64,000 nucleotides of DNA. Origin: Candidatus Terraquivivens tengchongensis (GTDB lineage: Archaea > Thermoproteota > Nitrososphaeria_A > Caldarchaeales > Wolframiiraptoraceae). The stretch is from assembly GCA_023261845.1 (NCBI GenBank), contig JALNJZ010000002.1:32001-96000 (forward strand), given 5' to 3'. Of this stretch, positions 42,024 to 49,842 are shown in pieces (position 1 is the first letter of the stretch; every line of letters starts with the position of its first letter). Under the pieces are notes generated by a model. It saw nothing but the letters and a program-made list of their open reading frames with translations, ran no database searches and was not told where the DNA came from. The translations under genes were made by a program, and so were the position numbers.

Positions 42024-43216
42024 GATCCGGAACCTCCACTTTCAGGTTTCCAAACCGACAGGACTTCGTTAATCGTATCCGCGCAGAACCTTATATCCTC
42101 ATCAGTTATCAGGTATGGCGGCAGTAGTCTTAAAACAGAGGTTCCTGCCTTGAGGCAGAGTAAACCTTTCGTCTGCAACTTGCGTATAACTTCATCTGGA
42201 GCGAACCTCAACTCTATCCCCAGCATAAGCCCCTTCCCTTTGACGTTGCGTGCTACATGTGAGCAGCATTCCACCACTTTCCTTAGCTCTGCGGATAACT
42301 TTTCTCCTGAAAGTGAGCTCTTCGATGGGACAGAGTCGTCGACCAAAACATCTATACCTCCTGAGATTGCAGCCAAGGCTAATGGATTTCCACCATGCGT
42401 AGAGCCGTGGTCGCCCTCGCGCAGCCTTTCACCTATTGAGGCTTTAACCGCCACTATGCTTACTGGGAAGCCTCCACCTATCGACTTACCTGCGACCATT
42501 ATATCAGGTTTTATATTCAGGTGCTCATGCGCCCAAACCTTACCAGTCCTGCCAAAACCTGCTTGAACCTCATCTATTATGAGAAAGGCTCCAGCCTTCT
42601 CGCAGGCTTCCACCAAAGCTTTTGCAAATTCCTGCGTAGCAGGCGTTAGACCGCCCTCGCCTTGGACGGGTTCGAATAATACGGCAGCAACGTTTTCGTT
42701 GACCGCCGACGTTATTGCATTAGCATCGTTGTAAGGGACGAATATCGTCTCCCATGGGAAAGGCTCGTAACCTTCTCTATACTTCGGGTTCCATGTGACG
42801 GAAAGAGCACCTATCGTCCTGCCATGGAAGGAATTCCTGAACGATACAAAACACTTCCTTCCGGTTACCTTGCGTGCGATCTTCATGGCCAGCTCGACAG
42901 CCTCACTACCGCTGTTTAGAAAGAATACGTAATCCATGTCGCTTGGTAGTATCTTCGAAAGCTTGGATAATGTCTCGTCAGCGATATCTGTCTGGAAAGC
43001 TGGTGTGGCTGTCATGATCAGGTCCATCTGCCGCTTTATACTCTCTACCACTTTTGGGTTCCTATGGCCAAGAAAAGCAACACCATACCCAGTGTGACAA
43101 TCCAAATACTTCCTTCCCGTATCGTCCCATACATACTGCCCGTAAGCCCTTGATAGTCTGAGGAGCCTTGGCTTGGCGAACTGTATTATCTTCAAGCTCC
43201 TCTCTAATGCGCTCAT
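42020..43216 (-). CDS. lysJ: [LysW]-aminoadipate/glutamate semialdehyde transaminase
   Basis: Class III PLP motifs SGSEAVE, FHGRT, EPVQGEGG, DEVQAGFGRTG and GKSIGGG. Confidence 0.92.
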   Translation of the reverse strand: MSALERSLKIIQFAKPRLLRLSRAYGQYVWDDTGRKYLDCHTGYGVAFLGHRNPKVVESIKRQMDLIMTATPAFQTDIADETLSKLSKILPSDMDYVFFLNSGSEAVELAMKIARKVTGRKCFVSFRNSFHGRTIGALSVTWNPKYREGYEPFPWETIFVPYNDANAITSAVNENVAAVLFEPVQGEGGLTPATQEFAKALVEACEKAGAFLIIDEVQAGFGRTGKVWAHEHLNIKPDIMVAGKSIGGGFPVSIVAVKASIGERLREGDHGSTHGGNPLALAAISGGIDVLVDDSVPSKSSLSGEKLSAELRKVVECCSHVARNVKGKGLMLGIELRFAPDEVIRKLQTKGLLCLKAGTSVLRLLPPYLITDEDIRFCADTINEVLSVWKPESGGSGS

Positions 43217-44058
43217 GCTCTTAGCACTTCTATAGTTGAAGAGACTATCTTGCGAGGTAGATCGTAGCCGGTAACCCTAACCGTGTTCTTGAACTCGACC
43301 ACAGCGTTCACCTCGGATACCAATATCCTACCGTCCTCGTCCTCCATCAAGTCCACACCCAAGACACCTCCGCCCATCGCCTCGCCTGCCTTTATGACCA
43401 ACTCCTTTGTACTCTCGTCCAGGTTGGCTGGCTCCGCCCTCGCACCGAGTGCAGTGTTCGTCTTCCAGTTCTGACTTACCCTGTAGATGGCAACAGGGAC
43501 TTCTCCCCATACATAGTACGCTCTTATGTCCCTTCCGGGCTTTCTGATGAACTCTTGGATGTAGTGTATCTGAAAGTGGGGCGAGGGCATATTCTCCCTG
43601 AAATCCAGTATATCTAATAACGAGGACTCATCGTCGGCCTTAGCTATCATCCTGCCCCAGCTTCCATATATCGGCTTCACCACAACAGGATATCCAATGC
43701 TCTTTGCGGCCTCAAGCGTCCTTACCTTGTCGAAAGTTATCATTGTCTTTGGTACGGGCACACCTTTCTTTGCAAGCATCACAGTTGTAAACATCTTGTC
43801 GCCACAGTTCCTTATGATATCGAAGTTATTAACGACGACGACTCCCTGAGCTTGTAACATAAGCGAAGATGCCAAAGCCCTATAGAAGCTTACGCATCTT
43901 TCGAAAACTATGTCAAGTCCTCTAGCGTTGGGCTCCGTAAGGTGAAAAACGGATTCTGGAACGTGGATAAGCTCAAGTGTGTGACCTAGGTCCTTGACGG
44001 CATACGCGAGGGCTTTCTCTTCCCATCTTATGATGTCGTATGCCAGCCCGATCCTCAA
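43213..44058 (-). CDS. lysX: alpha-aminoadipate-LysW ligase
   Basis: ATP-grasp protein with YDIIRWEEK, GSWGR and WKTNTALG; directly after lysW. Confidence 0.9.
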   Translation of the reverse strand: MRIGLAYDIIRWEEKALAYAVKDLGHTLELIHVPESVFHLTEPNARGLDIVFERCVSFYRALASSLMLQAQGVVVVNNFDIIRNCGDKMFTTVMLAKKGVPVPKTMITFDKVRTLEAAKSIGYPVVVKPIYGSWGRMIAKADDESSLLDILDFRENMPSPHFQIHYIQEFIRKPGRDIRAYYVWGEVPVAIYRVSQNWKTNTALGARAEPANLDESTKELVIKAGEAMGGGVLGVDLMEDEDGRILVSEVNAVVEFKNTVRVTGYDLPRKIVSSTIEVLRA

Positions 44059-44065
44059 TCGAGTT

Positions 44066-44239
44066 TCACTGTCCCCAGTCTTCGGCTATCTCCTCGGCCA
44101 GCTTCAACTCGAACTTTCCTTCATTTATGGCAAGCTCTAAATGTGCGCCGCACTCTTCATGTTCGAACAGTTCGCCGGGCAACGAGTCTTCGGGTATATT
44201 CAGCTCGCCGCCGCATATCGGACACTTAACCTTTACCAT
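44066..44239 (-). CDS. lysW: Amino-group carrier protein LysW (57 aa, not in the ORF track)
   Basis: MVKVKCPICGGELNIPEDSLPGELFEHEECGAHLE...LAEEIAEDWGQ*: Zn-ribbon, acidic, EDWG C-terminus. Confidence 0.95.
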   Translation of the reverse strand: MVKVKCPICGGELNIPEDSLPGELFEHEECGAHLELAINEGKFELKLAEEIAEDWGQ

Positions 44240-44386
44240 GGTTTGAACACCACGATTCTACTACATTTTTCGTATTGAAAGTGATATAAATGTTTTAATT
44301 TTTTGTGTAATAAACCTGTATTTCGGATTAAAAATACGATATTCGGATATATTTTCGACATAAAACGTAATCAGATTCTGCAATTG

Positions 44387-45190
44387 CTAAAAGCTGCGCA
44401 TGCTTACCACTGTACCGTGCTCTTGCTCAAGCACAGAGAGGGGCTCCTCGGTAAGCCCTGAGCAGATTATACAGCGCTCGACGCCCGCCTCGACGGCCTC
44501 GGCCGCCAGCATCATCTTCCTGTTCATACCTGCGCCTATTCTGGGTAATAGGTTGCGCGCCTCTCGGGGCGTTATCTCACGTACGAGTTGCCCGTCTAGA
44601 ATCAGACCCTCTACATCCGTCAGTATAACTAAGACCTCAGCCCTCAAAGCCTTTGCTATAGCCGCGGCGGCTTGGTCACCATCAACGTTAAGGAGCTCAC
44701 CTTCCGTACCTATTGCCACTGGTGAGAGTATCACGACATATCCTTGTTCTATGAGTAACCGGGGCAGCTCCGTGTTCACAGAAACTATCGTTCCAGTATA
44801 TCCACCGTCTATAACTCTCTTCCTTCCGCGCTCATCAACCACCACTATTTTCTTCTTCCTCTCAGCCTTCAGCACGCTGGCATCAACGCCGCTTATCCCA
44901 ACGACCTTAACCCCTTGCTTTCCAAGATACGAAACCATCTCTTTGTTAAGCTTGCCCGACATCACCATGTTGTAAACGTCCATCTCGTTCTCGTCGGTAT
45001 ATCTGCTCCTTATGCCCTGCGGTGATGTGACAAACTTAGGCTCTATACCCATCTTTTTGGAATATTCAGAAACTATATCGCCGCCACCATGTACAAAAAT
45101 TATTCCCATCTTCGCCCTTGAGGCTATACTATCCAGTATCTTGTTCCTATTCTGCATCAGAGCCCTTCCGCCAGCCTTAACCACTATCAT
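44387..45190 (-). CDS. lysZ: [LysW]-aminoadipate/glutamate kinase
   Basis: VVKAGG, VHGGG, NVDGD and GMNRK motifs. Confidence 0.92.
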   Translation of the reverse strand: MIVVKAGGRALMQNRNKILDSIASRAKMGIIFVHGGGDIVSEYSKKMGIEPKFVTSPQGIRSRYTDENEMDVYNMVMSGKLNKEMVSYLGKQGVKVVGISGVDASVLKAERKKKIVVVDERGRKRVIDGGYTGTIVSVNTELPRLLIEQGYVVILSPVAIGTEGELLNVDGDQAAAAIAKALRAEVLVILTDVEGLILDGQLVREITPREARNLLPRIGAGMNRKMMLAAEAVEAGVERCIICSGLTEEPLSVLEQEHGTVVSMRSF

Positions 45191-45292
45191 AACTCTCGCG
45201 GATTCCTAGAGGCGCTGCTGCAAATTATACATTTCCTTTGTACCAACGTTTATAAAATTCTAACGATCACGTACGTACACTGTAATCTAATA

Positions 45293-46084
45293 GTGGTGGT
45301 TAATGTGTTCAAAAATAAGGTCAAGCGATTGCTACATGAAGGTAAGGTGGCCATAGGTGCATGGGTTACTATCAACAGCACAGACGTTATTGAAGCTTTA
45401 TCGAGAGTTGGTCTCGATTGGCTTTTGTTCGATATGGAGCATGGTTCTTTAGAGGTGAGCGACATTCAAAGGCTTCTGCCCGCGACTAATGGCACAGATA
45501 CCGTTCCGCTCGTTAGGATTCCGTGGAACGATTTTGTGATAATCAAAAGGGTTCTGGACATAGGTGCATATGGCATTATGGTTCCGTGGGTTAACACACG
45601 TGAAAACGTTGAGGCGGTTGTCAAAGCCGTAATGTACCCGCCTCAGGGCATCAGAGGTTTTGGACCTAGAAGAGCCGTATATTATGGGCTAGAACCCAGC
45701 AACGAGTACTTTAAAAGCGCCAGCGATGAAATTTTGGTGGTTGTTCAAATCGAGACGGAGGATGCGATAAACAACATAGATGAGATACTTTCAGTCAAAG
45801 GTGTTGATGTAGCGTTCATAGGGCCGTACGATTTATCCGCAAATTTAGGGATATTCGGAGACTTTGAACACCCGAAGTTTAAGTCGGCCATCGATAAGGT
45901 TTTGAATTCGTGCAAAAGAAAAGGGGTTGCGCCAGGAATGGCCGCACTTTCTGTCGACGATGCTATGAATGCCCTCAAGATGGGCTTTAGGTTCGTATCA
46001 ATAGGTTATGATATATTTGATCTGACGAGGGCCTATCGTTCAAACATTGAGAAGGTGAGACGTTACCTGAGCTTCCTTACGTAG
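45293..46084 (+). CDS. HpcH/HpaI (GarL-like) class II aldolase
   Basis: DMEHG, VRIPWND, LDIGA, YPPQGIRG, QIET and FIGPYDLS motifs. Confidence 0.9.
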   Translation: MVVNVFKNKVKRLLHEGKVAIGAWVTINSTDVIEALSRVGLDWLLFDMEHGSLEVSDIQRLLPATNGTDTVPLVRIPWNDFVIIKRVLDIGAYGIMVPWVNTRENVEAVVKAVMYPPQGIRGFGPRRAVYYGLEPSNEYFKSASDEILVVVQIETEDAINNIDEILSVKGVDVAFIGPYDLSANLGIFGDFEHPKFKSAIDKVLNSCKRKGVAPGMAALSVDDAMNALKMGFRFVSIGYDIFDLTRAYRSNIEKVRRYLSFLT

Positions 46085-46923
46085 TTTACCAACGTTCCTA
46101 TTTTTTCTATGTAGATTTCTACCCTGTCACCGTCTTTGAGTTGTACGTCTTTGCCCGGAATTATGCCCGTGCCAGTCGATATTAGTGTACCGGAAGACAC
46201 TATGTTGTCCCTAAGCAGGTATGCAACTATAGTTTCAATTCTCTTCTTCATCTTTGAGGTGTTCGTTTCGCCAACGAATATCACGTCTCCATTTCTTAAA
46301 ATTCTCATCTTTATAACGAGGTTGTGCGGGTCTGCAATTTCGTCTGGGGTTGTTATGGATGGTCCGAAGGAAAAACAGCCTCTATATATTTTCGCTTGTG
46401 GCAGGTATAGAGGGTTCTGGGCTTCGATATCACGCGCCGTCACGTCGTTGCACACAGTATAACCGAGGATCGAACCGTCCGAGTCCAGCACGACGCCAAG
46501 TTCAGGTTCAGGCAACGTCCAATTAGAGTCGCTTCGGACGTTGATGAAGTCTTCGTGACCTACGGAGCGCCTCCCGCTGACGTCTTTAAAGAATAGCTCG
46601 GGCCTCTCAGATACGTAGGCTATCTCGTAGATGCTCTCACCCTTAATCATCGCCACGTCCTCCTCCGTATACCTAACCCTAGCCCTTTCGTAAACTATGC
46701 CTGCGCCCCATATTTCTGGCGGGTCATAAGGCGTGATTAGTTTCTCATTCTTGAGCAACTCCTCCATGGTCAAGCCTACCTTCTCGTGAAGGGCCACCTT
46801 ACCTTCTTTCTTGAACGTTACTAGAATGCTTAACGGCTCGCCAGACCATCTAAATACCTCATGGTCTTTCTGGACATACACGTTAATCTTACCTTTCCCA
46901 TTTATAGTCCGGAATACTTTCAT
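46063..46923 (-). CDS. Fumarylacetoacetate hydrolase family protein (2-keto-3-deoxypentonate dehydratase-like)
   Basis: ERPELFFK, PEPELG, NDVTARDIE, NPLYLPQAK and TGTG motifs. Confidence 0.85.
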   Translation of the reverse strand: MKVFRTINGKGKINVYVQKDHEVFRWSGEPLSILVTFKKEGKVALHEKVGLTMEELLKNEKLITPYDPPEIWGAGIVYERARVRYTEEDVAMIKGESIYEIAYVSERPELFFKDVSGRRSVGHEDFINVRSDSNWTLPEPELGVVLDSDGSILGYTVCNDVTARDIEAQNPLYLPQAKIYRGCFSFGPSITTPDEIADPHNLVIKMRILRNGDVIFVGETNTSKMKKRIETIVAYLLRDNIVSSGTLISTGTGIIPGKDVQLKDGDRVEIYIEKIGTLVNYVRKLR

Positions 46924-46980
46924 CGTACTTCGCTGGACATATGTTATACCAGCTATTAATTTTTTGGTGGAGTATTTTCG

Positions 46981-48039
46981 TCAAACAGGCCTAATGGCTG
47001 GAAAGTTTAAGCCGGTTTTCTCGTCGAACCCAAGCATTATGTTCATGCACTGTATGGCCTGACCTGCCGCACCCTTTACTAGGTTATCGATTGCGGCCAT
47101 CAAAGCAGCCCTGCCAACTCTTTTCTCGACGGCAAAACCTACATCCGCGAAGTTACTGCCTATGATGTGCTTTGGGTCGGGATATTGGTACGGTTTACCC
47201 CTGACTATTCTAACGAACGGTTCTTTTCCATACTCAGCAGCATAAACTTTCCAAACATCTTGTTCATCCATGTTAGAATCAACGAGCCAAACGTGTGAAG
47301 TTGCCAGTGCGCCCCTTACGCTTCCTACAGCATGCGGAACAAATGCTATCTTTAACTCTCTACCTGCTATTTGTGAAAGTTCTTGTTCAACTTCTGCCAC
47401 ATGCCTATGACCGGATGCTTCGTACGGTCTCATAACGTTAGCCCTCTCTGGATGGTGCGTACCAGCTGTTGGTATTCTTCCTGCCTCGCTACTTCCAACT
47501 TTGACGTCAACGGCTACATGGTCTAAGTCTATGATGCGAGCTTTAACTGCGGGTATGAGGGAAAGAAGGGCGGCTGTAGAGTTGCAACCTGGACATGCTA
47601 CAAGTTTTGCGGAGGCTATTTCTTTCCTGTGAAGTTCTGGTAGACCGAACACTGCTTCCTTGAGTAAATCTGGCCTCGGGTGCTTCATCTCGTACCAGAG
47701 CTCGTAGTCCTCTGTTCTCTTTAACCTAAAGTCGGGGCTTAAGTCTATGACCCTTAGGCCTACCTCCAGTAACTTTGGAGTATAGTTTACTGACGTGCCA
47801 GCAGGCGTATTCACAAACACTAGGTCAGAATCCGAGGAGATTTTGTCTATGTTTACGTCTGAGAACTTCATACCTGAAAAGAAGCCCCTCAGGTTTGGAT
47901 GAACTGTCGTTAGGGGTTTTCCCGCATACTCCCTCGACGTTGCGTAGAGCAGCTCTATCTTATCGTGATTCGCCAATAGTCTAAGAAGCTCGCCCCCAGT
48001 GTAGCCCGAGGCGCCTATTATTGACACCTTAACCGTCAT
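46981..48039 (-). CDS. lysY: [LysW]-aminoadipate/glutamate phosphate reductase (ArgC-like)
   Basis: GASGYTGGEL, ACPGC and DNLVKGAAGQA motifs. Confidence 0.93.
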   Translation of the reverse strand: MTVKVSIIGASGYTGGELLRLLANHDKIELLYATSREYAGKPLTTVHPNLRGFFSGMKFSDVNIDKISSDSDLVFVNTPAGTSVNYTPKLLEVGLRVIDLSPDFRLKRTEDYELWYEMKHPRPDLLKEAVFGLPELHRKEIASAKLVACPGCNSTAALLSLIPAVKARIIDLDHVAVDVKVGSSEAGRIPTAGTHHPERANVMRPYEASGHRHVAEVEQELSQIAGRELKIAFVPHAVGSVRGALATSHVWLVDSNMDEQDVWKVYAAEYGKEPFVRIVRGKPYQYPDPKHIIGSNFADVGFAVEKRVGRAALMAAIDNLVKGAAGQAIQCMNIMLGFDEKTGLNFPAIRPV

Positions 48040-48896
48040 CGCTTAAGCACCTTAATGACGTATTTTGCCAAATCTGCCGCCACATTTCTTTTGGTCGCTT
48101 CTATGAAAGCCTTAAACTCTGGTACACCGTTCACCTCGTTTAAGAAATATCCATCCGATTCAAGCACGTCCACAGACACGAACACCCCTTTGATGGCGTT
48201 TGCAGCTTTTATGCAGATCTCTGCCAACTCTTCATCCGGCTTGAAGCCTATAGCCTTTGCTCCGAGTGCGACGTTTGACCTCCATTCATTCTCCTGCTTG
48301 TACCTGTACATAGCGCCCAAGACTTCATTGTCTAAAACTATTACCCTTACATCCCTTCCGGGCGTCTTTATGTATTCTTGGATTATGTGGGTCTTAAGCT
48401 GCTGACTCGTCATCATCTCGCGATGTTCCAAAAGGCTCCTGTAAGCGGTCTCATCCGATACGAGGGAGACCAGCCTGCCCCATCCACCGATCGGAGGCTT
48501 ATCGACCAGCGGCAAGCCTATCGATTTGTACGCTTCTTCAGCAGATTGTATCGTCAGCGCCACCACGCTCTTCGGTATCCTCAATCCGGCCGATGCCAGC
48601 TTGGATAGCGTTAGCACCTTATCGCCGCAGGCAATTATAGCCTCAGAGCTGTTTATCGTGAAGCTTCCAGAGGATTCCCTTACGGCGGCTGAGTACGCTG
48701 CCCTGTACATGGACATCGGTCTAACTATGCACACACTCGGTGCGCTCTCTTTAAAAACCAAAGGAGTATCCTTGACGGGTGTCAGCTTGGGCTTTATTCC
48801 TAAATTCGTTAAAGCCCTGATTATCAGCTTCTCTTCTATTCTCGGGACGTCATATAATACCTCTACATCGTATTCAGATGCTTTAGTAGGCGGCAA
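48036..48896 (-). CDS. argX: Glutamate-LysW ligase (second RimK-like ligase)
   Basis: RPMSMYRA, CGDK, GGWGR and WRSNVALG match the ArgX pattern rather than LysX. Confidence 0.82.
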   Translation of the reverse strand: MPPTKASEYDVEVLYDVPRIEEKLIIRALTNLGIKPKLTPVKDTPLVFKESAPSVCIVRPMSMYRAAYSAAVRESSGSFTINSSEAIIACGDKVLTLSKLASAGLRIPKSVVALTIQSAEEAYKSIGLPLVDKPPIGGWGRLVSLVSDETAYRSLLEHREMMTSQQLKTHIIQEYIKTPGRDVRVIVLDNEVLGAMYRYKQENEWRSNVALGAKAIGFKPDEELAEICIKAANAIKGVFVSVDVLESDGYFLNEVNGVPEFKAFIEATKRNVAADLAKYVIKVLKR

Positions 48897-49078
48897 TTTC
48901 CAGCTTCACTACCTTAAATTCTTTGGATGGAAGGTTTACCATCCTTAATATAAATTTATAGCTTTAAAAGCCTATCAAAAAAGTTTATACAGATAATTTA
49001 AGCCATATTTTAAATTTTTAAAATTTGGATAGCAAACACCTAAAGAAATATAGGGCCTCGCCTTGGCTGGTAGGACGG

Positions 49079-49129
49079 AATTAGTTCAGCACGTGCAGAG
49101 AAATTTTTTCCGAGGATGCTGAACTAATT
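49079..49129. repeat. 13-bp perfect inverted repeat with a 25-nt spacer
   Basis: AATTAGTTCAGCA (49079-49091) and TGCTGAACTAATT (49117-49129). Confidence 0.85.
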
Positions 49130-49175
49130 GGCTACTGTGTGCCTTTATAAGAATCTTTGATGCTCTTGGAGCTGA

Positions 49176-49823
49176 ATGGAAAGGTCGGCGTACCTTTTGG
49201 ACCTTGAATCGCTTACGTATGAGGAAGCAGTCGAGCTTCAAGTGAGAATGGCATCCATGGTCTCAGAGTACGACTTCTCCAAGAAGTATGAGTTGTTCTG
49301 CGGAGTTGACGTAGCTTACTCCAACCAGCATGCCGTCGCAGTTGCCGTTATACAAAACGAGGATGGGAGCGTAGTTGAAGTCAGCAAGCGCAGGTATACA
49401 GTTCGACATGCTTATGTTCCGGGCCTTCTCTTCCTTCGTGAGGCGCCTCCCATGCTTAACGTAATCAAGAGCTTGAAGAACGATTTTGACGTGCTTCTCG
49501 TTGACGGTAACGGGAGGCTCCATCCTAGAAAGTTTGGTATAGCATGCTACGTTGGTATCATGTTGGACAAGCCGACGATAGGTGTAGCGAAAAGGCTCCT
49601 CTGTGGCCAAATTAAAACTGTGAATGGAAGGAGGGTCGTGGTGTTGAACGGCGACATAGTTGGTGAGGCGGTGGCGAAAGACGTGTACGTCAGTGTTGGC
49701 CATAAAATATCCTTGAGTACGGCAGTAGAAATTGTTAAGAAGCTAATGAGAGCCGGCCGGCTACCATCACCGATTCTCGTTGCACATAGAATGGCGAATG
49801 AAGAATTGGGGCGAAGGAAGTAA
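49176..49823 (+). CDS. nfi: Endonuclease V
   Basis: GVDVAY, YVPGLLFLRE, VDGNGRLHPR, PTIGVAK and YVSVGH motifs. Confidence 0.93.
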   Translation: MERSAYLLDLESLTYEEAVELQVRMASMVSEYDFSKKYELFCGVDVAYSNQHAVAVAVIQNEDGSVVEVSKRRYTVRHAYVPGLLFLREAPPMLNVIKSLKNDFDVLLVDGNGRLHPRKFGIACYVGIMLDKPTIGVAKRLLCGQIKTVNGRRVVVLNGDIVGEAVAKDVYVSVGHKISLSTAVEIVKKLMRAGRLPSPILVAHRMANEELGRRK

Positions 49824-49842
49824 AATTAGTTTATTCGGTACT

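Noticed and set aside
44400-44975. Long antisense ORFs (also 54179-54766, 61813-62376, 59485-59979 and many inside rpoA and rpoB)
   Set aside because: Ser/Thr/Pro-rich shadows of well-conserved genes, with no recognisable motifs.
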